From NCBI RefSeq assembly GCF_000143415.4, contig NW_003314365.1, positions 263,902 to 327,901 of the forward strand: a stretch of 64,000 bases of DNA, written 5' to 3'. Position 1 is the first letter of the stretch. Every line of letters starts with the position of its first letter. Below the pieces are notes generated by a model. The model did no database searches, was not told the origin of the DNA, and saw only the letters and a list, made by a program, of their open reading frames with translations. The translations under genes were made by a program, and so were the position numbers. Of the stretch, positions 19,546-33,716 are shown piece after piece. Source of the DNA: Selaginella moellendorffii. Its lineage: Eukaryota; Plantae; Lycopodiophyta.

Positions 19546-21579
19546 GGAAGCAAATGGTCTATCTTTATAAGCACCCAGCCGTGATTCGCGCCGGAACTTC
19601 TTTTAGCCTCTACAAGACATCCCAAAGAATCAGCCATTCATGAGAATTGACCACAAACTTCGGAGGTATGATGAGATCCAGTGCCATAGTAGCTGTTAAA
19701 ACCTCAAGACAAGTATAGCTCTGGTCTGATCTCTTTCCAACTTACCTTGCGGGCCAAAACTCCTCCCCTCAATCACAGCCCTTCCTCTTTCGGTCGACTA
19801 CATCCCAATGTTGTAAGATTCCCCAGCAGATAAGAAACCAAGGAATCTACTATTACCACCTTCCGAAAGGAATGGTAAATCAGCATGTGACACTGTCGAT
19901 GCTTGTGCTTGAGTAAGACCCACGTCATGTTTCTCCCAGAAATCTCTAGAAATAAAAAAACAACACGCTCGCTCACCAAAGCCCGCGTTTGGTTAGGGCC
20001 CCATACCTTTAGAAATTTTTTGATGGATTCATGAATTGACCATCATCATCCATGTTGACCGGGTCGCCTGGACAAAACCAAAACCATCTGCCATTCTTTA
20101 AAATCAAAACCTTGATACCACCTTATTATTACTAGTAGTATAGATTTACATGACACTTCTTTCCTGGGAAAATGTAAACAATTCTCAAGAAGCCTCTTGC
20201 ACAGTTGGTGTTGCCCCGCCGCCATGGAGTTGATATGTTTGGCTTACATGCACCTGGAGGACTCCTGGAAGCTCTGGTATCACACGCCCAAACAAAATCT
20301 TAGGTACTTACACAAGAAACAAACAAGCCATTCTTTTTTTCTACTCTTTCATCCGTAGCTACAGCCTCTTTTCTTTTTTTTTCTATTCTTTCATCCATAG
20401 CTAGAGCACGAAAGCCTCAAAAAGAGAGAGCAGAGGGTTTCTTCTTACCGGAGATCGCCTTGGCTTGATCCGCCGTGAGCTTGGCGGAGAACCCGTGCAT
20501 CGAGTGCTTGTAGTGGTAGAGGATCGCGTCCTTGGCCGCGTCGGGGCTGGAAAAGCTCAAGGAAAATCAGTGACCAAGAACACAAAATCTCACGCTCACC
20601 TTCCAAGAACCGAGGCTAGCACGTCTAGCTGCTTGGCTTCCAAAGCGTTGGGGCTCTCCTCGCCCGATTTCGCCATGTGGACGATGTAAACATCGCTCTT
20701 TTGCTGTAAAACCATGGCATGGATCGATCAGAGCTGCGAGAGGAAAACCCAAGAACAAGAACAACTCACAGCATTGCCACTTTCTCCCGCCATGCTGCTC
20801 CTTGCAAGTTCTTCCTCTTCTTCTCCGAGAACTCAAACCCTAATAAATGGAATGTCTCCGAGTGGCCTTATCCAACACGCATCGTAAAGCGTGTCAATGC
20901 ATGGTTCACGCCAGATCGATCTCCCATCGTCGCGTCGTCTTCGCCTTATAGTCAGAGGAGAAGCACGCGTCCGTCCACCTTTTTTTTTTTTCCTCTCTTT
21001 GTTTCGCTTGTGGACAAGAATTATAACTTCTCTGACCGCGCCAGGGGAGTGAGCGAGCGAGCGGCATCCCTCTGATTAATTTCTTTTTTTGTAAGAGCGA
21101 AGATCCAATCCAATGCCCAGTTCCTCCTCGATCGATCCTCTTTTTTTCTGGATTCTCCTGTAAAGAAAGAGATCCCTCTCCAAATTTTTTTCCCCCTTGT
21201 TCTTCGCCCGGCTCGCGCTTTGTTGTTGGATGGAATGGATCATCGCCCGGGGTGGAGGAGCTAGAAACAAAACAGTTATATACCTAAGCGAGCTGGCCCT
21301 GTGTTCTCGCTCCAGGAATCGAGCACCCGAGGAGGCAGGGAACGCGCAGCGTTTTCGTTTTCGCGGCATTGATTGTGGGTCCTTTGCAGCTGTATCCTTC
21401 CAGCGCAATTAGGTCAGCCACCACTACAGGGAGGGGGAGATGGAGGGAGCCCAGCAAAGCTCCTAGCTCCTAGCTCTTCCATCCATGGGCGTGACTTAGC
21501 CGCGGGCGAGAGCGAGCAACGAGGTATAGAGAGAGTGAGGGCGCATTTGGGAAGAAAGAAGGGATCCTAGCCCAAGATC

Positions 21580-23848
21580 ATGACGAGGATCGTCCACTGC
21601 CCAGGATGCAAGGAGCTGCTTGTCGAGCCCACGGCCGGGGTCACAATCTACCAGTGTGTCAACTGCCTCACGGTCTTGATCGGTGAGCTCCTCGCGTGTT
21701 CTTCGCTTGCTTGGCACTGATTTTGTGGTGTCATTCTTTCTCTGTGTGGCAGCCAAGCATGCCAGATCTTCGCTCGCAGTCGCAGCCGATCAAAATCAAA
21801 ACAACGCCGCCGCGGCCGCCGCTGCTGCCAAAGCTTCCACCCCTTCTCCTCCTCCTCCTCCGCCGCCGCTCTACAAGCACAGGGAGCGGCAGCCCATCGC
21901 CATTCCAAATCCCAGCCCTCTTCCCGGGAATCCACTCGACGCCTCGGCCTCGCCTTTGTACACGCCCAGGAATGGGATTGGCAGTGGTAGCGAGAGGATG
22001 TCCTCGGCCGCGGCACCAGCACCAGCACCAGCACCGGCAGCCATAGACGAGGACAATTCTTTGCTCCTCCAGGACATGAGGAAGCTGGCCAGGGAAGCTT
22101 TCCCGGCACAAGCCCAAGCTCCGGAGGACGGCAAGAACGCCACCACAAGGCTAGCAAGCAGCAATGGCAGCAGCGCCGGCAATGGAGGAAGAATGACGAG
22201 GCAGGAGCTGGACGAGTTCACGTTTCCCAGGCAAGCTCGCGACTTGGATGCCATGAGTGACTATCACTCCACACTGGAAGAGCTCGACTCGAGTGCTCAG
22301 TCGGACGATCTTCGCCGGAAGTCGTGCGTTCATGATCTTCATCCAGTGGAGGCTCCCACTTCCACTGCTGCCACTGAGACTGGAGAAGATCTGCGCTGCA
22401 ACGCGGCGGCGAGGAGGAGCAGGAACAGTAGCAGCTCGTCCGATGCGTTGGGAGGACATGAAGAAGATCATCATCTGGCTATGGTTGCCGTCACCGCCGG
22501 CCCCGCAGGGAACAAGAAGAAGAGAGCGTATCCTCCACTCAACTCGCCTTACGTCGTGTGCCAGCACTGTGACAAGCTGCTCGAGGTCCCTCGCTCGCTG
22601 CCACCCTCCAAGACGAGCGTCCAGAAGCTCCGGTGTGGCGCTTGCCACTCCATCTCCAAGTTCGCACTCGCCGACGTCGAGCACGAGAGGAAGCAGCAGC
22701 TAGGCATTGTTCCCGTGGACTCTTTCGATCGTTCCAGCGGCGGCTCGACGATGAAGAACGCGTCAGGGATCGATCACAACAGGAAGATGGACATGGTGGC
22801 GATGATGATGAGCTCCTCGAGCTCGCCAGTTCCAGGCTCGGCTCCAGCTTCGTATCACGCAGCTCATTTCCATCTCCAAAAGCGCATCACGGACAACATC
22901 ACCAGCAACAGCAAAGGCTACGAGTCGGCTCCCGAGTTCCATCACGGCGCCTCCGCCTCCACTCCCTCAAGCCACGCCAGGACCATCTCCGCGGGATCCA
23001 GCTCCACCGTGCCGCTGGCGCCCTGTCTCCACGAGCTCTTCGGCTACGAATCGCCATCGCAGTTCCTCAAGGTGGCTGACAACAAGAGCACGAGGTCCTC
23101 CACAAAGTCTTCGTCGGAGACGAGCCCAAAGCCCAAAGCCGGGGGTGGCGGAATTAAGGCGCTGCTTCTCAAGAGCATCCAGGAGATCAGCAAGCTCCAT
23201 TTCCAGCAGCAGCATTACTCGGTTGTGACAATCAACGGCGCAACCATACCGGACGAGCTCGTGAGAAAGGCCGAGGAACTAGCTGGGCCGATTCATCCAG
23301 GAAACTATTGGTAAGCTCACTTTTGCTATCTTTTTCTTTCTTTTTCCTGTTCTTGACGATGATGATCAACAGGTATGACTACCGTGCTGGGTTCTGGGGA
23401 GTGATGGGAGGGCCGTGCATCGGGATAGTTCCCGTAAGATCATATGACCCTGCTATAGTTTTTTGACCGGGTACTTTTTGCTTTTTGCAGCCATGCATTG
23501 AGGAGTTCAAGCACCCGGCGATGCCAGTAAACTGCGCGGGTGGCAAAACCGGAGTGGTGATCAATGGCCGAGAGTTACATCAGCAGGATCTCCAGGTTCT
23601 CGCCAAGCGCGGCCTGCCTTCCATTCCAAACACTTCCTACACAATCGACATCGACGGTGTGGTGGTGGACTTGGCCACCGGGAATGAGATCAGGTGCCTC
23701 GGCAAGCTCGCTCCCTCGTAAGTTCTCTAGCTCTCTTCGATTTGCTTGCTCTCTTGTCTCACCACTTTTCTTCTGGACTGCTGCTTCCAGGATCGAGAAG
23801 CGAGGTGTCGGCTTTGGAATGTTTCCCCTGTCTCGGGGATTGACATAG
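21580..23848 (+). CDS. EDR4: EDR4-like zinc-ribbon protein with an XLG-like C-terminal domain (multi-exon)
   Basis: N-terminal MTRIVHCPGCKELL...YQCVNC; central PYVVCQHCDKLLEVP...KLRCGAC; C-terminal AGPIHPGNYW|YDYRAGFWGVMGGPCIGI|..NCAGGKTGVVINGRELH. Confidence 0.88.
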
Positions 23849-24161
23849 AGAGAACGAGGGTCCGTGTTGCTGACTTCTAACTCGTACATAGACTCTGAGT
23901 TCCAGCGAGGCTTTTTAGCGAAAGGTGAGAGTGACCTGGTTGAAAATAGAGGAGAGAGCTTGTTGGTGTTTTTTTCTTCTTTTTGTCACGACTGACTCCA
24001 TACGATCAAAACAGGGCTTTGAACTTATTTTTTGTGGAGCAAGCCACACACTACTACTTACAACAGAACGAGTGAATATTCGTGTGTATATACCCGCGCC
24101 GCGCGCCACAGCAAATTCAAAGCTTTAAGAAACAAAGGAGGAGGGAGGAGGAGCAGCAGGG

Positions 24162-25246
24162 ATGGATCGGAGGAGGGGAGCGAAGATCGCGTATATCAAG
24201 GAGAGGCGCTCCGTGATGTTTACGACCAAGGAGGTTCCTCTGGCACTGGCACGCTTGCAGCACCAGCCTCAGCCGGTGGCCAGGAAGAAGCCCGAGCACT
24301 GGTACCGCAAGAAATTCAAGGAGCGCGAGCAGCAACTGGAAAAGCAGAAGAAGAGCGCGTGGAGGATCAATGACTTGCGGGCCAACAAGAATGGATTCCA
24401 CCACGATGTCTACTGGATCACACAGGACCTCTACCGTGGGAACTGGAGGCTCAACAAGAAAGAAGGTACTCGATCGAGCTCCTCTCAAACTCGAGCTCAA
24501 GCATTTCCATGGTGGCTTTTGTGCAGGGAGTGGCATCCAAAGCTATTGCACGGGCAATCGGTACGAGGGCGACTGGAAGAAAGATCGAAGAGAAGGATAT
24601 GGTACTTTCTACATCCGGGAAGATGGAAAGTACAGAGTTGTCTACAAAGGCTACTGGAAATCGGGGAACTTGCACGTAAGTTCTCTTTCGCTGCTACTGG
24701 GATGGACGACAAGTGAGGATAGCTCACAAGACGATGGATGTACTGGCAGGGGCCTGGCTACCTTCACTGCGCTTATGGCGAAGTGTACGAAGGCGACTTT
24801 GAGCGCGGCGTTCGCAGTGGCTATGGCCGACAGACGTACTATTGCCCCCAAAGTGGGAGATATCACGTCTACGTTGGCCAGTGGCGGGATGACAAGCGCG
24901 AAGGCACGGGAACACTGACAATGGGTGAGCAAAAGCTTAGACAAGTGTTCTTGGAAAAAACTTGATTTGGTTTGATCTTGCAGTGAATGGCGATGTGTAT
25001 GAGGGGTGTTTTTCCAACGACAAGAAGCATGGCAAGGGTGTGTTCTATTACACAACCTCCAGGTGTAGATACGACGGGCTGTGGAGGGAGGATGTTGCGA
25101 TTTGCGGGACTTACTCGAAGCTGGAATCCGACTACGAGTTTAAGACACCACTACCACACCTCGAGCTGAGAAATGCCGATACCTTCGCGAGCTGTCTCAT
25201 TGACAAAATCGTCCAGGATGACGGGCTCCAAATTCCTTCTTGCTGA
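24162..25246 (+). CDS. MORN3: MORN repeat-containing protein 3-like (ciliary/sperm), multi-exon
   Basis: Repeated YxGxWxxxxxxGxG motifs (YEGDWKKDRREGYG, YVGQWRDDKREGTG, YEGCFSNDKKHGKG) and C-terminal PLPHLELRN. Confidence 0.85.
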
Positions 25247-25447
25247 TCCAGAGAAGTTGGGAAGTTTTGTTTGTCTTCTTTTTTTCTTACACTAGGCGAT
25301 ATATAGATATGCTTACAAACGAAAGAAAGAGAGCTGGAAGAGTACGTTTTCTCGCGAAATGAATCCTGGAATACGACCCGGACGAATGAAACGAATGATC
25401 GATCTGTACAAACAACTTGACGATTGGCCGTGTCGTAGCTTTTTCTC

Positions 25448-26719
<1,272 letters not shown>

Positions 26720-27265
26720 TCTTCTGCTCGCTCGATTCTTCTCCTCCCTCCCTTGTAAGCCAAGGATCCAAGTTTCCAACCAAGGGAGATGTGGGTTTTA
26801 TAGGCAGCCTTGTTCCAAAGTGTGGTGGTCGGCATTTGGCGGGACGGGGTCCAACCGGTAACGCGCGGGAGTTGGCGACGGCGGCCACCGCCTATGGGCA
26901 GTCAAGCCTGGCCGCCTTCCACAAATGGCGGAGCCTGCTAATTTCGGAGACGTACTTGCTTGCGCCACATCCTCGTTTCAAGGAGATTTCTTTTGCCATT
27001 GGACGCAAGCGTTTCGGAGATCCCCCACCTATTCAATTCGTGCCGCACTGACCAAGTCCATTGAATCTAGCAGAGCGCAAAACGGTGGATACATCCAACC
27101 AACAAGTCTGTTTCCGTTGCTGTAGCTTGCTCGTCTTCCCTGCCACTAGAAACCAAACTAACACCAGCGAGTTCCACGCATGGCACCACCACTTTCACCA
27201 TTCCCTGTGCCTGCCTTTTCGAGCCTCTCAAGTATCTACTGGGCTGCTCCCCAGTTCCATCCAAA

Positions 27266-29174
27266 CTAATGCTCGTGTCCATTATTGAGGTCCATCTCCA
27301 CCTGTCTTATTGTCCACTGAATTCCCTCCAGTTTCTGTAAGTTTGTCACCACCCAACATATCAAAGGCTGCCCACGATTTTGCTCTCACCTTGACAACGT
27401 CGTGATACCGCCTGGCAATGTCATCAAAGTACTGATCCACGCCTTGGTACTCGCGCAACCTCGTCACCTGCGAATACCACGACTGGTAAGCGACGAGCTT
27501 CCGTGAGATTGGTCCCGATACTTACGGCTCTATTATATCCGGCAGTGGCTTCGTCGTCTGCTTCCAGCAAATAATTCCTGCAGCCAGCCATGAAGTGAGC
27601 AGCCCGCCACGCCAGTAAATATTTAAAAGCGCACACCTGATCTTGTGCAACGCTGCGATTGATTCTTCCGTATACGTGTCTCTGAGAACAAGGTGTTCCA
27701 GCACACTAGGAAAAGGAAAAGATAACGGAATCATGCATTAGTAATATAGGAAACGTATACCGCAGCTTCGCATTCATTGTCTCGCAACGCTTACACAGCC
27801 AAGCTTTTCTCATCTCGTCCTGCCAGTTTGACAAGTAATCGATCTATATGCCCGCGATTGTTTCGAACACTTACATATTCATGCTGGTGCTGCAGCTTAT
27901 AGTCCTTGACCAGCTTTATCAGTACTCCCAATATCTGCTCAAGAACCTGGGATATGGCTGATCAAGCTTCGCTCTTCAAGGACAAAAATTTAAAGAAACG
28001 TACATTGTAGTATTCTGAAAACTTTCGGTCCGCAGAGTAGAGATCGCTAAGTAAAGCCGCCTCTTCGCTCTCGTTGGATTCTACAGCTGCTTTAACCCTG
28101 GAAGAAACACCTGATAGGAAATGACCTCGAATATCTTTACTGACCTTTCAGCAAGTCTATAGCTCTTTGTACCATGAGAACCAAAGCCATCTACGACAAA
28201 AGTAAGTTAGATCTGAATACTGAAAGCCACGACTCAAAGTACTGACCACTCTCTTGAAAGGAAGAGCTGATTTTCTCACACTTGGCTTTTAGCCGTGATT
28301 CAATTTCCGGAATCAGCAGCATAAGGTAGCCTGTGCTGTCCTGGCAAGACAATCTCGTCAGAAAAAGGCCATTGAGATGGCACTAACCTCAGCAAAAGGG
28401 GCCTTTGATAGATGTGTCTGACGAAGCCACGCAGGAGTTATTCCCAGGAACCGGTTGACAACACCGGAAACTCCAACTTCACTAACATCGTGGCTGGGAT
28501 TGGGAGTGCTGGTGTTGCTGGAGCTCATGCTGATGCTGGTGGTGCTGCTGTCCAGCGAGCTTTTCGACACAATGCTGCACTTCTCCGCTTCCTCGTCTAG
28601 TATGTCGCCATCTTTAGTTACGGAAGGGAGCCGCAAGCGCTGGCAAGCTTCGGCCACAGCCAGACGCTCCTCCAGGGCTTCATACACCTTGACGGGAGAA
28701 ACAACAGCTAAAGAGAAAAAGTCTAGAAACTAAACTTGAAAAGCTCTTCACTACCTGTGGAGTAGAGCGTAGTCCGAGCTGCAAGAACAATGCCTGAACA
28801 TCCCTGATTCCACCTGCATTTGCCACTGAGATAGCCTGCTGGAATTCTTCCACAAGTGTCACTGCTTCGCTGTAAGCCGCCTATAACAACAGCGCCAGTG
28901 GTTTAAGAGCACTCCGAAAAGAATGAAACGAACCACCGACCATCACTTCGAGGAAACGAAGCCTCTCCCGCCCCATCTCTTCACGCGCCTAACGAAGACT
29001 TAGATTGGAGCTCAATCTCATCGACCTAGCCAAGCAGCAGAGTACCTGGACGAGATCATAGTAAGCAGCTTTGGCGACATAAGATCCGTCGGGGGCAAGG
29101 CAATGCCGGTTAAGCTGCTCAACAAGCTGCGCGAGGCCGTCATCCACCATCGCTCCACCTTCCAGCTGCTCCAT
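27266..29174 (-). CDS. AUG4: AUGMIN subunit 4 (HAUS4), multi-exon
   Basis: QLVEQLNRHCLAPDGS, YEALEERLAVAEACQRLRLP, NRFLGITPAWL, LEHLVLRDTYTEESI and KLEGIQWTIRQVEMDL. Confidence 0.93.
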
Positions 29175-31899
29175 TCTCGCCTAGGGCAAAGAAAGAATTC
29201 AAACACCCTCTTTTTTGTTGTGCGTTATCCTTTTATGTAAAATACATTTAGGACCTTGTCGTAATGTCAAGCTCACCTGCTATTTACTTGGAGTGATGTG
29301 GAAGAAGCTTCACTCTGCAGAAGCTTGAAACAAAAGCTGAAAACTGGATCCAACAACGTCCAGAAACAAGCAGAGCACAACGCGGGCTGCATAAAACAAC
29401 GCCATGCGCGATTGTGGGCTGCGTGCACCGGACCCTCGTCACAGCGGGATGCCTAGCAACCAATTGACGCACGCTGGGCTCGCAAAGCTCGAGCATGGGC
29501 TGAGACCAATCCTGCATGCACAGCTGCACAAGCCATCCAAGTGCTACCAGAAAGTTTCATGGCCGACAAGCAACTTTCAACAACATACCTCCAGTCTACT
29601 CTACCATTGCCACCGGGCCCATGTTCGATTCTACATGTTCAACTCGAGCATTAAATTCCTGGTGTGTCCTCTAATTTTTAATTAAACTAGTTTGCAATTA
29701 TTATTATGGTTTGCGTATATTACTCAATTTGTCCATTTTTTTCCTTTCTCTAGAAATGTTATAGCTGATTTTCTTCTTTGCAATGTACCAACATAAGAAT
29801 GATCACAAGAAACGTAATTCATAATTATGAGTGGTGCAAGTTGGACCCGCCAAGATCTTCTGGGCCAATGTGGGCATTGACAAGGGAGAGGACCATGCTC
29901 CTCTCGCTGGACCTCCACCAGGAGTTTATCAGCTAGTGTCGGTGCCTGCAGCGCACGACCGAGATGCTCTACCGGCGATTGTGTGAGTACAGGAGAGCCA
30001 CCGAAGTGAACCCCAAGAGCATGCGGCAGTTTGTGGAGCAAGAGACCAAACCACGTCCAGGTGGGGATAGACTCGGATCAGGAGATCCTCAAGCACACGA
30101 CCAACAGCAAGGTGAACAGGTTTCTTTCCTGCAAGTTGCTCTTTAGAAACCATGATTCGCTCCATAAGAGCGAGGATCCGGGTACGAACGTAAATCCCCT
30201 AGAATTCGTTCTTCCTAACACCAAAAAGCAGCACTTGGTTCGTGTCGTGTCGAGAATTCCAAATCAGATTGGCACCTGAGAGAAATGGACAGGAGGTAGA
30301 AGTCCTTGCAAATACTGATGATCAGAGTGAAACCAAGCCCCTTGTTGCACTTTGGGTCTCTCAATAGCTTCACGCCGCTACAGTCAAAGCACTAAAAATG
30401 CTATAGATTATAGAAGGAATCTGTGACTTTATCCATAGAAGAGTCGTATGCTGTGGGCAGCATATACGATTATGCAAGATTTCTTTCGATAAGAACTCTT
30501 TTAAAAGAAGCGAAATATTCAACAGATGATAGCTTCTTCATGAAAATAAGTAACTCTACTGGTTTCCAAATTCCAGCCTTGACTTTGCCAAGAGCGAGCG
30601 GTGTAGTCACATCCTCGCAGTTCATCCCGCGGTAAAGGAGAATGCTCATACAGATCTCTCGCAAGTCCTTGCCCTGCATCATCAGCATGCTTTATAATTC
30701 AAACTCTGTGTAAAAACGAAAACGTACCAGTTTCAGTCCCCCATACAGCATGCCCATCTCCTCTGGACCACTGCAGAAAAAAAAGAAAAGAAAAAGACCG
30801 TCAAATACTTGATCAGTAGCTTGCTTACTGTAGATATCTAGGCAGCAGCATGACATAAGATCCAATGCTTACTTCAAACTCCAGGAAATAAGAGTTATCA
30901 CACCAAAACAGGGATGAGTTTAGCACACTTGCCCTGTGCGTCTCAATGGCTGGCGACTGGAGATACTTGTCTCGGTGATTACCACCATGTCCCCGCCTCT
31001 GGATGATTGCAGTAATCGCGCGGCACACTTGTGGAAAACTTACGATCTCCTGACAACGGCACAACATGTTTAGACACAGAAAAGGAAGAAACACGTACAG
31101 ACTTGCTCACGGGTGGGTGAGTAGACAACACAGCGGCTACGAACACCAGCGGTGTACATGACGTTCCGCTTCATCAGTAGCACTGTTGAAAAAGCTCCAC
31201 AACCAAAGCGCAGCATTAGATAATTAAGCAGCGAGGAGTTTATTAACCAGCTCTAGTTTACCAACCATTGCCTCATTGGTGTCCCCTGCTTGGGCCGTAA
31301 GGTACTCGTTCATGCTGCGATAGGAAAATAAATAAATAAAGGTTTGTTGAACACAATCAGCCTCCAGTAGTACCTTGCAAAGCCATCTATCAGCGCTTGC
31401 TCGTAGTCTCCCTGCGCCGTTTCGAGTCCTATCACGCAGCATGGCTCGCCTCTCTTGGATGAACGGGCCCTCGCAATGGAGCTCGAACAAAACGGACTCT
31501 TCGTCGATGAGGGATCCCCGGGTAGTAGTGCGTAACGAGTCTCTCCGGGCGCCCGTCGAATGGTGGAAAGGCGAGAGCAGCCATGCCAAAGTCAAGCCAC
31601 GCGTTGCCCCCCTCGCGGCTGCTCTCGATCAAGGGCGACTTGGCGTCATAGACGAGCCGGCCAGGGAAATCAACCAACCAGGCGGGCGAAGGCCTGGAAG
31701 GGTGCTGGACGCATGCACCGTGTTGGCAAGGGCGTGTTGGCAAGACTTGTTGATATCTTCGCTTGGTCGTTCGTCATCTGGGAGCCTCAGCGGTAGAGGG
31801 TAGTATGCCCCTAATCAAATTTGTGAGCAACACACCATGTTCCAACTATTGCAAACCTGAAGTTGGAGCCACTGCCTTGAGCGCCAGCCCATTTACAAA

Positions 31900-33300
31900 T
31901 ATATACCTTAAAATAATAATATAATAGGCTGAGATTATAAATTAGTTTATTAACTTAAAAACATAAAGTAACTTTTAGGGTTTGTATAAATTAAAAAACT
32001 ATTATATAATATATTTATAAAATAAGTATTTGAATTGTTTTCTTTCTTTAAAGGATTTGTGGGTGATAAAAAATTAAGATTTTATATTATAACACTTCAG
32101 AACTAATCCTTTTATTTTATGTATATCAGTTATAATTAAGTAATAACAGCATACTGCTTTAAAAATAATTTCAATTTAAATAATTATAATGTTTTTTGTT
32201 TACTTAACTTTTTTTCTACTATTTTAAATTTAAATATTTAATAACTATTGTAAATTTTTATATGATACAAGTATTATATTTATTGACTATTTCTCACCCA
32301 AAAAAATAGTATAAGTATTGAGTATTATAGTATAAGTACTATAATATACAAATACTATATGTTTAGTTTTATTTATTTATATTTTGTTTAAATTTCTATA
32401 TTATAATTATAATAATTAATTAATTCTAAACTTTCATTTTAAACTCAAGGTGTATATTCAATATTAATTATAAAAATTCATTATAAAGTGGTAGACTAAA
32501 GTCCTATAACAACAAAAATAATAAATTTAAATTCTTAAATAATTGAAGAGATAAAAGGAAAAATTATTTAAGAATATTTAGACTTAAAATTTATCTCACT
32601 ATTTCTTTTGAACTTTAAGCAATTTTTTGGAGCTTAAAAAGTTAGCTAGTTAAATAAAAAAATTGCAAATTTGATTAAAATTAGATAAGTTGAGTTTTAA
32701 TAATTTATAAAAACCCTAAATTTTACAAAAACTATAAAATTTAAAAGCTAATAGTATTACATTCTTAATTAACACAAAATATGCTCACATAAAATATCCA
32801 GGGAATGAACTCCATGACAAAATATTTACCCACATCACTCAAGAACTTCCATTTTTATGGTTTTAAGCTCTAATCCTTTGTTAAGTGGTTGAATTAATTT
32901 TTAATTTTTATATCAATAAATATTACATTTATAATAAATGTGCAAAAGAACCAAATATGTTATTTTTAATGTCATCAAATATTGTTATAAAAATAATATC
33001 CAAACCCACCATTTACATTCCATAGGTGCAAACTCCAACATGTTAATGAATATTTTGACAAATCCTTAATATAATAAGTGTAAAAAAAATTTAAATTGGG
33101 AACTAAAATTTTTAAAATATAATTATAATTAATTTAAAGAGGCAGATTCTCAATAGGTTACTTTAAAGTGGGTTTCATTTGATTAGTTAAAGAGATTGAT
33201 TATTTACATGGTTTATAATATTAGTTTCTAATCAAGCCACAAGTTTCATTTGTAAGTTTCTTTTTTTCGTGGTTTATTAAACATGATTCACATTAAAACT
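31900..33300. other. Extremely AT-rich non-coding block, probably decayed non-autonomous TE sequence
   Basis: No ORF of 60 aa or more. Sharp compositional contrast with the flanks, similar to the block at ~6960-8030. Confidence 0.5.
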
Positions 33301-33716
33301 TTTGGAACGGAAAATGCCTCACATCAAAATAAGACACTGATGGCAAGCTCTTTAGTTTGATGCGATCGGCGCATCTAAAAGCTTTTGTTTCTAGGAGGCA
33401 CAGGATGACAGTCTTCGTGAGAAGTTTTGAAACGAGTTAAAGCAATTTCAAGGACCCAATCGTTGTTCCAAAACCTTGAAAATGGTTTAGCTGACACAGA
33501 CTATTGTGTTTCGCTGCTCTCGCCATTCGATTCGGCACATCGATGGAGCTGTGATTTCCGAGGGCATCGCCATCGGAGCTTGTCGACTTGATGATGCAAA
33601 TGGGAGCGATGATAGGGTCTTTTCTCGGTTTCCTCACATTTCTCTCTCATATTGTACTTTTGAAACCTTTTAATCTTTTCAATATTTTCAAATTAGTATT
33701 TTAAGATCTGTTTTTG

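Noticed and set aside
19600-21570. Short ORFs upstream of the EDR4-like gene
   Set aside because: No recognisable domains; composition fits a promoter, 5' UTR or intron.
29403-29440. HARLWAACTGP resembling the ARF 'LWHACAGP' motif
   Set aside because: No further ARF similarity and a stop follows shortly; likely chance.
33358-33394. Hairpin GATGCG-n5-CGCATC followed by CTAG as a Helitron 3' end
   Set aside because: Spacing is too long, it is not followed by T, and it is unlike the three other termini.
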